A stretch of 64,000 nt of DNA from Planctomycetota bacterium (lineage in GTDB: Bacteria > Planctomycetota > JAJSAM01 > JAJVHW01): positions 1,408,001 through 1,472,000 of the forward strand of contig CBDFJG010000004.1 in assembly GCA_965248445.1 (NCBI GenBank), given 5' to 3'. Under the pieces are notes generated by a model, which saw only the letters and a program-made list of their open reading frames with translations, made no database searches and was not told the DNA's origin. A program made the translations under genes and the position numbers. Each line of letters begins with the position of its first letter. The first letter of the stretch is position 1. Shown piece by piece: positions 9,958 to 20,355 of this stretch.

Positions 9958-11658
9958 TCAGTCGAGTTCCATGACCAGATCGGCCTTGTACTCGTCCTTG
10001 CCCTCGACGATCTCGATCTCGACGTCGTCGGACCAGCCGATGTCGCCCAGCTCCGCGGACACGAGGATCTCGCCCTTCGGCGTGAACGGGAAGTCGTACG
10101 TGCCGTCCGGCCCCGAACGGAGATTGGCGATGTACTCGCCCTCACCGTCCGCATCGTACTCCTCCGCCGGCTCGCACTCGATCAGCACGAGAGCGTCCGG
10201 CACGGGCGTGCCGTCCTCCGAGCGCACCGTTCCGTACACGCGCACCGAGGGCATCGCTGTGACGCGGTATGCCGTGGGCGTGTCGTGGTCCTCCGGATAG
10301 ACGCGAATGATCGAGTAGCCCTTCTTGAAGCCGAAGATCATCGCCCGCGTGCCGTCGAACTCGAATGCGAAGTTGTAGATGCCGCGAGTGTCGGATTCGC
10401 CGGGGAGCTTCTCCGAACGCAGAGAGTCGTACTCCTCGTCGACGTTGGCGGAGTAGAAGACGACGCCGGCGACGGGGTTGCCGCTCGGGTCGACGACTTC
10501 GACGGGCTTCGGAATGGCCGGCTCGAAGTCGACCTGCTGTTCCACCAGCAGCTCTTCCGGCGTGATCGCACGGATCTCCTCGGAGAACGAGATCGCCTCC
10601 TTGCTGCGGCCGTTGATCAGGTACTGGCCCGGAGGCATGTTCGAGAACTCGACGACGCCGTTGCCGTTCGTGGTCCCCGTGACGTACGTGTACGAGTCCA
10701 TCTCCATCGCCACGACCTCGACGCGGGGCAGAGGCCTCTCGCCGAAGTCGTCGTCGAGCATCGCGATCACGCGCAGCGTCGCGCCGCGCGGCAGGCGCAG
10801 CGCGAGCGGGCCGTCTTGTCGCACTTCGACGCTCTGCTCGATGATCGACGGGAAGCCCCGCGCCGCGACGTCGACGGTGTAGCGGCCGGGCGCGACGCCT
10901 TCGATCAGGAACTCGCCTTCCTCGTCGGCGCGGCCGCTGAAGCGCGACTCGCCGTCGTCCAGGACGACGATTGCACCGGAGACCGGCGTGCTGTTGCCGC
11001 CGGAGATCACGGTCCCCTTGACCTGCATAGGCTGGCCCAGCGTGAGCTCGATGTTCGCGCCCGGGCCCACGCCCTGCGCCGACGCCTTGCCCACGCCGTC
11101 CTTCTGCGCGGTCAGGCGGAAGGGTCCGGTGCCCGAGCCGCGCGGAATCTCGAAGTCGAACGACCCGCCCGCGCCGCTGACGGCTGAGACGATCTCCTGC
11201 GCACCCTCGCTCGTGGCCTCGGCCTTATTCTTGAGAGTCTCGGCGTAGGCGTCCATGCGGCGCGGCAGATCGAACTCGTCGTTGTCCAGCACGAGCAGTG
11301 CGTAGACCTTGTGAAGGTCGTCCTCCTCGACGGTCTCCTCCGGCGGAGCCACATTCACCGGCCGGGCCAGCGCGAGGTCGGCGCCTGCGACGCCCTGGCC
11401 CTCGCCGTCGAGCACCCGCCCGCGAATGCGGGGGCGCACGCGGACGGCGCCGGTGTTCGTCGGCTTGACCCGCACCGGGGGCGTGCCGTTCCCGTCGGTG
11501 GTGGCGCCGTCCGTGCCGTCCCCCGGGAGCACGACGGTGTCGCCGTCGTCCGGTGGCCCGTCGCCGTCGTCGCGCTGGATGAGGAAGTACGCCGCGCCGA
11601 AGGTGATCAACGCGACCACCACCAGCCAGGCGCCCAGAAGCAGGTTGGATGACTTCAT
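9958..11658 (-). CDS. Membrane-anchored protein with repeated carboxypeptidase-regulatory-like (Cna-B-type) domains
   Basis: N-terminal TM; repeated G.V.D..G.PV.GA.V and PGRY motifs. Confidence 0.82.
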   Translation of the reverse strand: MKSSNLLLGAWLVVVALITFGAAYFLIQRDDGDGPPDDGDTVVLPGDGTDGATTDGNGTPPVRVKPTNTGAVRVRPRIRGRVLDGEGQGVAGADLALARPVNVAPPEETVEEDDLHKVYALLVLDNDEFDLPRRMDAYAETLKNKAEATSEGAQEIVSAVSGAGGSFDFEIPRGSGTGPFRLTAQKDGVGKASAQGVGPGANIELTLGQPMQVKGTVISGGNSTPVSGAIVVLDDGESRFSGRADEEGEFLIEGVAPGRYTVDVAARGFPSIIEQSVEVRQDGPLALRLPRGATLRVIAMLDDDFGERPLPRVEVVAMEMDSYTYVTGTTNGNGVVEFSNMPPGQYLINGRSKEAISFSEEIRAITPEELLVEQQVDFEPAIPKPVEVVDPSGNPVAGVVFYSANVDEEYDSLRSEKLPGESDTRGIYNFAFEFDGTRAMIFGFKKGYSIIRVYPEDHDTPTAYRVTAMPSVRVYGTVRSEDGTPVPDALVLIECEPAEEYDADGEGEYIANLRSGPDGTYDFPFTPKGEILVSAELGDIGWSDDVEIEIVEGKDEYKADLVMELD

Positions 11659-11779
11659 CTGTTCACATTCCGTGGTCTGCGCCAGGCACCCGCAGCGGGT
11701 ACCTCGGCTGAACCCATCAAGTTAGCGCAGCCGCGCCGCGCAGTCAGGGAAACCGGGGTCGAAGCGCGGCGTGGGAGGG

Positions 11780-14200
11780 TCACTCCGAGCCTCCGTCTCG
11801 ACTCCGGTCGCGGTCAGCTGCCCGCTCGAGCAGCAGCTCCAGTTCCTCGTCCGGAAGGAGGGTCTGGAGGTCCGGATCGTCGCGGATCAGATCCTCGGGA
11901 ACCGGACCCAGCGCCAGCGCAGAGCCCACGGCCCGAACGGCCGCCCGCTTGTCGCCAAGGCGGGCGAGCGCCCGGGCAGAGGTCAGGTAATGGCGCGGGT
12001 CGGGGTCCCGTGGCGCGGCCTGCGTCGCCAGTTCGAGCGCCGCGAGGGTCTGCCCGCGGGCCAGTTCCTGCTCTGCGCGAATGCCGAGGGAGCGGCCGAT
12101 GAACCGGCGGCCTGCCTCGACGTGTTCGGAGCGCAGCAGGATCTTGCCGGCTTCCTCGAGGAACCCTGCGTCCTCTCCGGCGGGCTTGTACGCGACCGCT
12201 GCGGCGATCAACTGTGCCGCGATGCCGGGGTCCTCGCCGACCAGTCGCCGCGCTGTGGAGACGATCGCGGCGAGCAGTGTCGGATCCCGGCGGAGCATCC
12301 GATCCGCCATGCGCGCGACGAACGCGTCGTCGTCCGTCGCAGCGAGGATCTTCAGCACGCCGATTGCATTTTCCTGCGCGCCCGGCGCCCGGGCGGCGAG
12401 CTGCGCTTCAGCCAGCAGTGCGCGCATCCGTGGATCGTGTGCGTGGATTCGTGCAGCGCGGGTCAGGTCGACGACGGCGTCCCGCGGCCGGTTCTGGACG
12501 AGGGCGAGTTGCGCTCCGGCAGACAACAGTTCCGGATGCCACTCGCAGGACGCGCGCGCATCCGCGAGCACGCCGCCGCCCTCATCGAACCTCTTCTGTT
12601 GGAACAGCGCGCGGGCGAGGTCCGCCTGCGTTTCCGGGCTGTGCGGACGGATCAGGAGCGCATCCCGAAGAGCGGCCTCCGCCAGTTCGGACTCATGCAG
12701 ATTGACGTAGAGGGCACCGAGGTCCCGGCGGGGCGCGAACGCCCGTCCGTTCGCGCTCGCGGCGACGTCGAGCAGGCGCAGTGCGTCGTCGACTTCGTTG
12801 CTCGTGAGGGACTGTCGCGCCAGCGCGAAGAACGCTTCGGACCGGAACCGTTGCGTGGCGGGCACGACAGCCGCGAGGAGCAAGATCCCGAGCACCGTAG
12901 CGACGGGTTTGCCCGGCAGGGTTCTCGTGCCGACTGCGGCCGGGACGAGAGCCAGTCCCGCGCCCCACGCGAGCGCTCCCAGGAGTGCTGTCGCGACGTG
13001 GGAGAGCGGTGTCGACGCGAGTCCCGAGACGAACAGCGCTACCAGGGTCCCGCTGACCGCGAATCGGAGCCCGTGGTCCACATCGCGTGCCCGCGCGAGT
13101 CTCAGAATCAGTGCGGCACCAGCGGCAAACGCGATGAGCGCCAGCACCCATCCGAGATGCGTCGTGATGGCGAGGAAGTCGTTGTGCGCCGTCTCGACGG
13201 TCCGGCCCAACGAGATCGTGTACTCCTCCGCGGGCCGCAGCGCGGCGTACCGGTCGGCAAACGCGACGCCGCTCGGCAGGAGGAGTGCGCCGCCTTGGAT
13301 CGCGCCGGACAGCGAGCCGAAGATGTGCGCACGAACCGCGACGGTGTCGCTCCGACCGAGCGCCGGCACATCGACGGCGCCCGTACCGTGCGCCACGAAC
13401 AGGACGGCGGCACCGAGTGCGACAGCGACGCCGGCAAGTCCGAGCGCGCGCGCGATGCGGTGCCGTCCACGGGACGCGAGCCACCACATCGCGAACCACG
13501 TCAGCACCGCCGCCGCCGCGATCAGGTCGATGCGCGAACGCGCCAGCGCGAGGTGGGAGGCTCCACCCAGTGCCGCGACCGCTCCCAGCACGCGGTCGAT
13601 GCGCAAGGCGGGACGCCACACGAGTAAGAGGGCTGCCGGGAGCGCGGCCGCCTGGAACTCGGCGGCGAAACTCGTGTTGCCCAGCGTCGCGACGACGGTC
13701 CGGCGCTCACCCCAGGGCGCCGGGTCCAGTCCGGCTGCCTGCACCAGTGCGTACACCGACGCGCCGAGCGATGCGACCGCAGCGCCGCGCAGCAGCCAAC
13801 GCAGCGCGCTGGTCGAGTCCGTCTCGCGCGACGCCAGGACCGCTGCACCGAGCGCTCCCACCGCGAGCAGCGGACCGGCGAGGGCGCCGGCTCGGCCGGC
13901 GAATAGCGCAGCTGCCAGGGCGACGAGGACGAGCGCGGCCGGGACGATGAGAAGAGGGTCGAGGGTCATCTCCCGGACGCTCTTGCGCGCCGACACCAGC
14001 AGGAGAACACCGGCCCCGGCCAGGAGCAGAGGCAGCTTCACCGAGTCGAAGCTCGGCAGCCCTTTCATCGGAAGGAACGCCCACACGACGGCGACGAACA
14101 GCGCGGCCGTCCACGCCGCGGCGGGGACGGCCCTCGGGCCGTCGGAGGCTCTCGTGGTGGTCACCAGGCTGTCGCTCGTTCGTTGCCCCCGATTCCGCAC
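11780..14200 (-). CDS. O-antigen ligase (Wzy_C) family membrane protein with C-terminal TPR-like repeats; start uncertain
   Basis: Multiple TM segments, TLGN, AHNDFL motif, helical Ala-rich repeats. Confidence 0.78.
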   Translation of the reverse strand: MRNRGQRTSDSLVTTTRASDGPRAVPAAAWTAALFVAVVWAFLPMKGLPSFDSVKLPLLLAGAGVLLLVSARKSVREMTLDPLLIVPAALVLVALAAALFAGRAGALAGPLLAVGALGAAVLASRETDSTSALRWLLRGAAVASLGASVYALVQAAGLDPAPWGERRTVVATLGNTSFAAEFQAAALPAALLLVWRPALRIDRVLGAVAALGGASHLALARSRIDLIAAAAVLTWFAMWWLASRGRHRIARALGLAGVAVALGAAVLFVAHGTGAVDVPALGRSDTVAVRAHIFGSLSGAIQGGALLLPSGVAFADRYAALRPAEEYTISLGRTVETAHNDFLAITTHLGWVLALIAFAAGAALILRLARARDVDHGLRFAVSGTLVALFVSGLASTPLSHVATALLGALAWGAGLALVPAAVGTRTLPGKPVATVLGILLLAAVVPATQRFRSEAFFALARQSLTSNEVDDALRLLDVAASANGRAFAPRRDLGALYVNLHESELAEAALRDALLIRPHSPETQADLARALFQQKRFDEGGGVLADARASCEWHPELLSAGAQLALVQNRPRDAVVDLTRAARIHAHDPRMRALLAEAQLAARAPGAQENAIGVLKILAATDDDAFVARMADRMLRRDPTLLAAIVSTARRLVGEDPGIAAQLIAAAVAYKPAGEDAGFLEEAGKILLRSEHVEAGRRFIGRSLGIRAEQELARGQTLAALELATQAAPRDPDPRHYLTSARALARLGDKRAAVRAVGSALALGPVPEDLIRDDPDLQTLLPDEELELLLERAADRDRSRDGGSE

Positions 14201-14297
14201 TGCGATGGAGGGGGCTGTGTAGGAGGGCGTGGGGTCTTGGACGACCGGCGGGAGCCGGACCTTCAGACTCTCTCAGCGGCGATTGGCTCGGATCCGG

Positions 14298-15212
14298 TCA
14301 CTGGCCCCCGGCGAAGAGGGCGTCCACGAATGCGGCGGGGTCGAAGGGCGCGAAGTCCTCGTGCGACTCGCCCGTGCCCACGAACTTCACCGGCACGTCG
14401 AGCTCGTCCTTGATGGACAGGACGACCCCGCCCTTGGCGGTGCCGTCGAGCTTCGTGACGATCAGACCCGTGACGTTCGCGTGCTCCCGGAAGCGCCGCG
14501 TCTGCGCCAGGCCGTTCTGGCCCGCGGTGCCGTCGAGGACCAGCAGCGTCTCGTGCGGTGCGCCGGGGATCTTGCGCCCGAGCACACGCGTGATCTTCTC
14601 GAGTTCCGCCATCAGGTCCTTCTGCGTGTGCAGGCGGCCGGCCGTGTCGACGATCAGCACGTCCACGCCACGGGCGACCGCCGACTCCGCAGCGTCGAAC
14701 GCCACGGCGGCCGGATCGGCGCGCTGCTGCTGGCGGACGAGCGGAACGTCCAGACGCTCGCACCAGATCGCGAGCTGATCCACGGCGGCCGCACGGAACG
14801 TGTCGCACGCCGCCACCATGCAGCGCGTGCCCCGGCCGGTCAGCCAGTGCACCAGCTTGGCGATCGAGGTGGTCTTGCCCGATCCGTTCACGCCGGCGAT
14901 GAGCACGACCGTCGGTCCGTCCGCGTTGTCCCGCAGCGAGTGGTCGCTGGCCGTGAGCCGTTCCGTGACGCATGTGCGCATCCAGGGCACGACGTCGTCG
15001 CCGGTCAGGATCTCGCCGTGTTTCGCCGCGTCGCGCGCCCCGCTCAGCAGTGCCTCCGACGCCCCGACTCCGACGTCGCTCGTCAGCAGCACCTCTTCGA
15101 CGTCGTCCCAGAGGCTCTGGTCGATCTTCCGGCCCTTGACCAGCGCTTTCAGACGCCCGGCGAGGAGCTGCGAGGTCTTTCGCAGCGAGTTGCGCAGCCT
15201 GTCGAGCGCCAT
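14298..15212 (-). CDS. ftsY: SRP receptor FtsY (NG domain only)
   Basis: GVNGSGKTT, DTFRAAA, DTAGRLH, TKLDGTAKGG. Confidence 0.97.
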   Translation of the reverse strand: MALDRLRNSLRKTSQLLAGRLKALVKGRKIDQSLWDDVEEVLLTSDVGVGASEALLSGARDAAKHGEILTGDDVVPWMRTCVTERLTASDHSLRDNADGPTVVLIAGVNGSGKTTSIAKLVHWLTGRGTRCMVAACDTFRAAAVDQLAIWCERLDVPLVRQQQRADPAAVAFDAAESAVARGVDVLIVDTAGRLHTQKDLMAELEKITRVLGRKIPGAPHETLLVLDGTAGQNGLAQTRRFREHANVTGLIVTKLDGTAKGGVVLSIKDELDVPVKFVGTGESHEDFAPFDPAAFVDALFAGGQ

Positions 15213-15225
15213 CGCAGCCGTTCCT

Positions 15226-15630
15226 TCAGAGTCCGATGTTCTTGCGCACGCGATCGAGCACGCCGTTCACGAACGCGCCGCTCTGCTTGCTGCCGAAACG
15301 CTTGCCCAGTTCGATCGCCTCGTTGATCACGACCTTCACGGGGACGTCGCCGTGTTGCATCTCCCAGACGGCCATGCGCAGGATGTTGCGGTCCACCACG
15401 GCCATCCGGGGCACGCGCCAGTGCTCGGCGGCGTCGGCCAGCAGGAGGTCGATCGCCTCGTGCTCCGCCGCGGCCCCGCGCACGAGCTGACGGACGTGAT
15501 CCGAGATCTCCGGCGTGCGGCGGTCGCGGATCAGAACCTCGTCCATCTCCGGGAGGACCTCGTCGCCGCGCACGTCCCACTGGTAGAGGAACGTCAGCGC
15601 AATCTCGCGGGCCTTGCGCTTCTCTTTCAC
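15226..15630 (-). CDS. nusB: Transcription antitermination factor NusB
   Basis: RKARE, DRNILR, VVINEAIELGKRFG, FVNGVLD. Confidence 0.96.
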   Translation of the reverse strand: MKEKRKAREIALTFLYQWDVRGDEVLPEMDEVLIRDRRTPEISDHVRQLVRGAAAEHEAIDLLLADAAEHWRVPRMAVVDRNILRMAVWEMQHGDVPVKVVINEAIELGKRFGSKQSGAFVNGVLDRVRKNIGL

Positions 15631-16109
15631 GAGCGCCCTCCGGCCGCTCCGATGCGCTGGAGCAGGTCCGCCATGCGGAGGGCGTCGAGCGCGACGTCGG
15701 CGCCCTTGTTCCCGTGGGAGCCGCCGGCCCGGTCGAGCGCCTGCTCCAGCGTGTCACAGGTGAGCACGCCGAAGAGCACCGGCAGGCGATGCTGCAGGCC
15801 GACCGCAACGACGCCCTGCTCGGCGGCCTCGCAGACGTAGTCGTAGTGGCTGGTCTCGCCGCGGATGACCGCGCCGAGCGCCACGATGGCGTGGAGATCG
15901 CCGCGGGCGGCCAGCGCCTCGCATGCCAGGGGCAGTTCGAACGCTCCGGGCACTCGCGCCACGGTGATGTCGTCCTCGCCCACGCCGGCGCCGCGCAGCG
16001 CGTCCAGTGCGCCCTCCAGCAGCGAGGACGTGACGTCGTCGTGCCAGCGCGACACGACGATCCCCACACGGCGTCCCGCGCCAACCGGCCGGCCTTCGAG
16101 TTCCTGCAT
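15627..16109 (-). CDS. ribH: 6,7-dimethyl-8-ribityllumazine synthase
   Basis: IVVSRW, VPGAFELP, LGAVIRGETSHYDY, GNKG; ribH-nusB synteny. Confidence 0.96.
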   Translation of the reverse strand: MQELEGRPVGAGRRVGIVVSRWHDDVTSSLLEGALDALRGAGVGEDDITVARVPGAFELPLACEALAARGDLHAIVALGAVIRGETSHYDYVCEAAEQGVVAVGLQHRLPVLFGVLTCDTLEQALDRAGGSHGNKGADVALDALRMADLLQRIGAAGGRS

Positions 16110-16211
16110 CCCGTCATTCGACGGGAAACGCGGGGTCCGGCACCCTTTTTCGGCGGACGCGTCCACCGCGGAAAGCGAACGCTGGTCTGCGGCTCGCGTA
16201 GCCTGCGGCGC

Positions 16212-17435
16212 ATGCCCGAGCTCCTCTCCGTCGAGGAGGCGCGCGCGCTGGTGCTGGCCCGCGTCCCGCCGCCGCGTGTCGTGCGACTGCCGCTCGCGGG
16301 CGCCGCCGGCCGCGTGCTGGCGCAGGAGATTCGGTCGGATCGCGACCACCCGCCGTTCCGCCGGAGCCGGGTCGACGGTTATGCGGTGCGGTCCGCTGAC
16401 TGCTCCCAGGCAGGCGCCTCGCTGCGAGTCGTCGCCGAGGTGCCGGCGGGTTCGATGCCGGACCGGAGCGTCGGGACCGGCGAAGCGGCTCGCATCTTCA
16501 CCGGCGCCCCGGTGCCGGACGGCGCGGACGCGGTGGTGATGCAGGAGGACTGCGAGCGGGACCAGGACGGCGTTCGCGTCGGCAAGGCCGTGGCCCCAGG
16601 CGCGTGCCTCGTGCCCCGCGGACACGAGTGCGCCGCGGCAGCGACGGTTCTCCGGGCCGGCGACGTCGTCACGCCCTCCGCGATCGGTGTGGCGGCGTCC
16701 GTGGGCGCCTCCGCGGTCGACATCTTCGCCGCCCCGCGAGCCCGTGTTGTCGCTACGGGCGACGAGCTCGTGCCGGTGGAGGCGACGCCGGGGCCCGCCG
16801 AGATCCGAAACGGCAACGGGCCGGTGCTCACCGCCGCGCTCTCGGCCGCGGGGGCGAAGGTGGACGGCGCGCGGCACGCTGCAGACACGCCGGAGTCGCA
16901 CCGCGACGCGTTGTCGTGGGCGCTCAAGGCGGACGTCGTCGTGACGACCGGCGGCGTCAGCGTCGGTGACCACGATCTGGTCCCGAGTGCGCTCGACGAT
17001 CTGGGCGTCGAGAAGGTGCTGCACGGCGTGCGCCAACAGCCGGGCAAGCCCTTCTGGTTCGGCGTGCGCGGTGACACGCTCGTGTTCGGCCTGCCTGGAA
17101 ACCCCGTGTCGGCTCTCGTCACGCACGTGTTGTTCGTGGTGCCCGCGTTGCGCAAGTGGACCGGACGTGAGCCCGGGCCGCGCACCGTTCGCGCCAAGCT
17201 CATGGGTGACCTGGCGAAGGGCAAGTGGCGGAGGCGGCATGATCCCGTGCACCTGGCGTTCGGGTCCGACGGAGGGCTGGAAGCCACACCGGTCCGCTTC
17301 GCCGGCTCGGGCGACATCTTCGGCTTCACGGCTGCGAACGGGTTGGCGGTGGTGCCGGAGAACGCGGGTCAATTCGTCGCGGGCGATGCCGTGGACGTCA
17401 TCGCACTGGGAACTCTGGGAGCCCTCGCGCAGTGA
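16212..17435 (+). CDS. moeA: Molybdopterin molybdenumtransferase
   Basis: PPFRRSRVDGYAV, RIFTGAPVPDGADAVVMQE, TGDEL, GGVSVGD, LPGNPVS. Confidence 0.95.
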   Translation: MPELLSVEEARALVLARVPPPRVVRLPLAGAAGRVLAQEIRSDRDHPPFRRSRVDGYAVRSADCSQAGASLRVVAEVPAGSMPDRSVGTGEAARIFTGAPVPDGADAVVMQEDCERDQDGVRVGKAVAPGACLVPRGHECAAAATVLRAGDVVTPSAIGVAASVGASAVDIFAAPRARVVATGDELVPVEATPGPAEIRNGNGPVLTAALSAAGAKVDGARHAADTPESHRDALSWALKADVVVTTGGVSVGDHDLVPSALDDLGVEKVLHGVRQQPGKPFWFGVRGDTLVFGLPGNPVSALVTHVLFVVPALRKWTGREPGPRTVRAKLMGDLAKGKWRRRHDPVHLAFGSDGGLEATPVRFAGSGDIFGFTAANGLAVVPENAGQFVAGDAVDVIALGTLGALAQ

Positions 17436-19033
17436 GCGGCGTGCTGCGTGGATTTTGGGCGGCGCCGGTTGCCTTCGCGGTGCTGCTCTACCTGGCGTTC
17501 CCGAACGATGTGATGCCGCGGGACGTCGGCTTCCTCGCTGTGCCGGCGTGGGCCGTGCTGTTCCTCTCGCTGCGGCTCCGCAAGGGAGAGCGCGCGTTTC
17601 TCCAGGCGTGGATTGCGGGATTCCTCTTCTTCGTACCGGCCCTGTACTGGATCGCCCCGCTGGTCGGTCTCGGGTGGGTGTTCACGGCGGCGTGGTGCGC
17701 CTGTTTCGAGGCGCTGTACGCCTGGCTGTTGGCGCGCTTCTGGTTGCGCGACGGCCGACGCAACTGGGTCCTGCCCGGCGCCGCACTCCACCTGCTGATC
17801 GACATGCTGCGCACGCACTTCATGACGGGGTTCCCCTGGCTCCTGACGGGATACACGGGATGGGACAACCCGGTCCTGATCGGCTCGGCCGACCTGATCG
17901 GCGTGCATGGCGCCACACTCGCGATCGTGCTGCTGGCCGCCGGCGTCGCGGAGTCGCTCGCGCGCAGGATCGAGGGCGAGGACCGCGCGCTGATCGCGCT
18001 CGTGCCGGGCGTAGCGTTCGTCTTGCTCCTCGGAGTCTGGTCCGCCGTGCGCAGCATCTGGGTCGTCGCGCCCGGCGGTGGCCCGGTCGTCGCGCTGCTA
18101 CAGGGCAACATCCCGCAGTACTTGAAGGAGGACCGCGACGCATCCGGCGAGGAGGCGACGCCCATCGAGATCTGGTGGCAGACGCACATCGATCTGATCG
18201 ACGAGGCGTTCGGAGACGGAGGCCGGCGGATTGACGCGATTGTCTGGCCCGAGACCATGGTGCCGATCCACGCGGACCGTGACTTCTCCGAACAGCGCAC
18301 GCGGGAACTGTTCGAGCGGCTTGCGCGGATGTCACGCGGCGCGCAGACGATGGCCGGCATCCAGACGGTCGAGCGCGACGCCGGCGGGAGGCGTGTCCGC
18401 GCCTGGAACAGCATCGTGATCGTGGACGGCGCCGGCATCCCGGTCTCCGTGCAGGACAAACAGCACCGCACGCCGGGCGGCGAGTACATCCCGCTGATGG
18501 ACATGCTCCCGTTTCGGGAGTGGCTGAGTCAGGTGCTCATGGAGAAGGCGGGGTTCGTGCCCGACCTGGCCGCAGGGCAGGGCAACGTGCTTCTGCCGGT
18601 CCAGCACGAAGGCGGCAGGTCGCACGCCGGCGCCCTCATCTGCTACGAGTCGGTCTTCCCGTCGATCTCCCGCGGAATGGCTCTCGACGGCGCCGACTTC
18701 CTGGTGAATGCGAGCAACTACGGCTGGTTCGTCGGCACCGCGCTGATGGACCAGTGCGTCGCGATGTGCTGCTTCCGCTCGGCCGAGACCGGCCGGCCCA
18801 TGGTGATCACGAGCAACAACGGTGTCTCCGGCGTGATCGACGCCCGCGGGCGTCTCGGCGATGTGTTCGAGGACCCCGCTGGAGCCCGGACTGACGTGAG
18901 GGGGGTCCTCGTGACGGAAGTGCCCTCCGCTACCCGCTGGACGCCCTTCCTGCTGTGGGGCGAATGGGCGGCCTGGCTGCTGGGCCTCGCCGGTCTGGTT
19001 GCCGGGTGGCTGGCACGGCGTAGGTCCCCATAA
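17432..19033 (+). CDS. lnt: Apolipoprotein N-acyltransferase
   Basis: GFPW, QGNI, WPET, K, ICYES (nitrilase E-K-C triad), N..WF, NNGVS. Confidence 0.93.
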   Translation: MSGVLRGFWAAPVAFAVLLYLAFPNDVMPRDVGFLAVPAWAVLFLSLRLRKGERAFLQAWIAGFLFFVPALYWIAPLVGLGWVFTAAWCACFEALYAWLLARFWLRDGRRNWVLPGAALHLLIDMLRTHFMTGFPWLLTGYTGWDNPVLIGSADLIGVHGATLAIVLLAAGVAESLARRIEGEDRALIALVPGVAFVLLLGVWSAVRSIWVVAPGGGPVVALLQGNIPQYLKEDRDASGEEATPIEIWWQTHIDLIDEAFGDGGRRIDAIVWPETMVPIHADRDFSEQRTRELFERLARMSRGAQTMAGIQTVERDAGGRRVRAWNSIVIVDGAGIPVSVQDKQHRTPGGEYIPLMDMLPFREWLSQVLMEKAGFVPDLAAGQGNVLLPVQHEGGRSHAGALICYESVFPSISRGMALDGADFLVNASNYGWFVGTALMDQCVAMCCFRSAETGRPMVITSNNGVSGVIDARGRLGDVFEDPAGARTDVRGVLVTEVPSATRWTPFLLWGEWAAWLLGLAGLVAGWLARRRSP

Positions 19034-19060
19034 GTCGGTTCTTCTCGGGCGCTTCCGGTT

Positions 19061-19136
19061 CTGTCACGGCTTTGTCACGAAAATGGTCAGGGACGCCATT
19101 ATCCTCTTGACGGTGCCTTTGGCCCCTGCCTAGCAT
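19061..19136 (+). promoter_or_regulatory. Putative sigma70 promoter (TTGACG-N18-TAGCAT) with upstream Pho-box-like direct repeat CTGTCAC-N4-TTGTCAC
   Basis: Motifs at 19061-19078, 19107-19112, 19131-19136 in an intergenic gap. Confidence 0.5.
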
Positions 19137-19262
19137 CCCCGCGCGGTCAGGTACCGCTGGGCTAATGAAGAAGTTGGGCGCGCCACGGGCTGGCGTGATT
19201 CCCCGGACTCTCCGGGCTGGAATCACCCCTGTATCGGGCGTGCCGTGGGAGGCGGAAATCAG

Positions 19263-20111
19263 ATGAGTCTCTTCGCGAAGATCATGGTCATCGTGAACCT
19301 GATCCTTGCCGTCGCGTTCCTCGCGGCCGCGGGCACGTTCCTGAACGCCACCCAGAGTTGGAAAGACAAGCACGTCAAGGACACCGCCCGTCTGGCGGAC
19401 GAAGTGTCCAACGTGAGCGCACAGCGCGACGCGCAGCAGGCCGAGAAGGACAACGCTCTCGGCGCGAAGCGCTCCGCTGAGACGCGCGCCGCTGCGAGCG
19501 ACGCCAAGGCGACGACCGCCGGTGAGAGCATGATCGAGCTGCACCAGCTCAACGAGAGTCTGCGTCAGAACCTCGAGTCGCTGACGACGAACCAGGGCGA
19601 CCTGCAGTCGCGCCTCGGCGAGTTGAACACGCAGATCGACGCGTTGCGGTCCGAGCTCGAGACAGCCAGCGCCGAGAAGGGTGCTGCGCTCGATCAGGTC
19701 AAGACGCTCCAGGAGAACGTGGCGCGCCTCGACCAGGGCGTGACGGATGCCGAGGCGATCGCCGCCGCCGGTGAGGCCGCCAACGAGTCGCTGCGCGACC
19801 AGCTCGACCGGATCACGACCGAGAACACGGCGCTCAAGGCGTCCGGCGCCTCGATGAGCGGCGCCATCGCGATGAAGAAGGTCGATGCGAAGGTGCAGGC
19901 TGCGGACAACGGCGTGGACATCTACATCCTGTCCGTCGGCTCGTCCGACGGCGTGACCGAGGGCTACGAGTTCCACGTGTATCGCGGCAACACCTACGTC
20001 GCGACCGTGGTCGTGGACAAGGTGTTCCCGAACCACTGCTCGACCCACGTCAAGGACGGCCTCAAGAAGTCGCCGATCCGCCCCGGAGACAACGCCTCCA
20101 CGTATCTCTGA
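19263..20111 (+). CDS. Membrane-anchored coiled-coil protein with C-terminal beta domain
   Basis: N-terminal TM, about 170-aa heptad region, C-terminal ILSVGSSDGV..G.EFHVYRG. Confidence 0.8.
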   Translation: MSLFAKIMVIVNLILAVAFLAAAGTFLNATQSWKDKHVKDTARLADEVSNVSAQRDAQQAEKDNALGAKRSAETRAAASDAKATTAGESMIELHQLNESLRQNLESLTTNQGDLQSRLGELNTQIDALRSELETASAEKGAALDQVKTLQENVARLDQGVTDAEAIAAAGEAANESLRDQLDRITTENTALKASGASMSGAIAMKKVDAKVQAADNGVDIYILSVGSSDGVTEGYEFHVYRGNTYVATVVVDKVFPNHCSTHVKDGLKKSPIRPGDNASTYL

Positions 20112-20168
20112 TCCGGGATGGATCTGGTACGAGACTGAACGCCTGGAGCGACACGGAGAGTCAACCCA

Positions 20169-20327
20169 ATGTCAGACGACGACTTCTATGACGACGAGCC
20201 CGCCGGTGACGACAGCGTAGGGATCGCGAACGGCATGGTCATCGTGACCGGCCTGATCCTCATCGCGGCGATCTACCTCATGTGGAAGATCTCCGCCGCG
20301 CAGTACGACGTGGGAATGCTGGCCTAG
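20169..20327 (+). CDS. Small (52 aa) single-TM protein, absent from the ORF track
   Basis: GGAGAG RBS; MSDDDFYDDEPAGDDSVGIANGMVIVTGLILIAAIYLMWKISAAQYDVGMLA; GC-rich third positions; followed by terminator. Confidence 0.75.
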   Translation: MSDDDFYDDEPAGDDSVGIANGMVIVTGLILIAAIYLMWKISAAQYDVGMLA

Positions 20328-20355
20328 ACGGTACGGCCACCAAACGGACCTCGAG

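Noticed and set aside
15627..17372. 581-aa RibH fusion, and similarly extended cysC (6478), moeA (15714), acyl-CoA dehydrogenase (43826) and gmhB (54761) ORFs
   Set aside because: The extensions overlap real genes in other frames and reflect stop-codon scarcity at high GC; starts were trimmed
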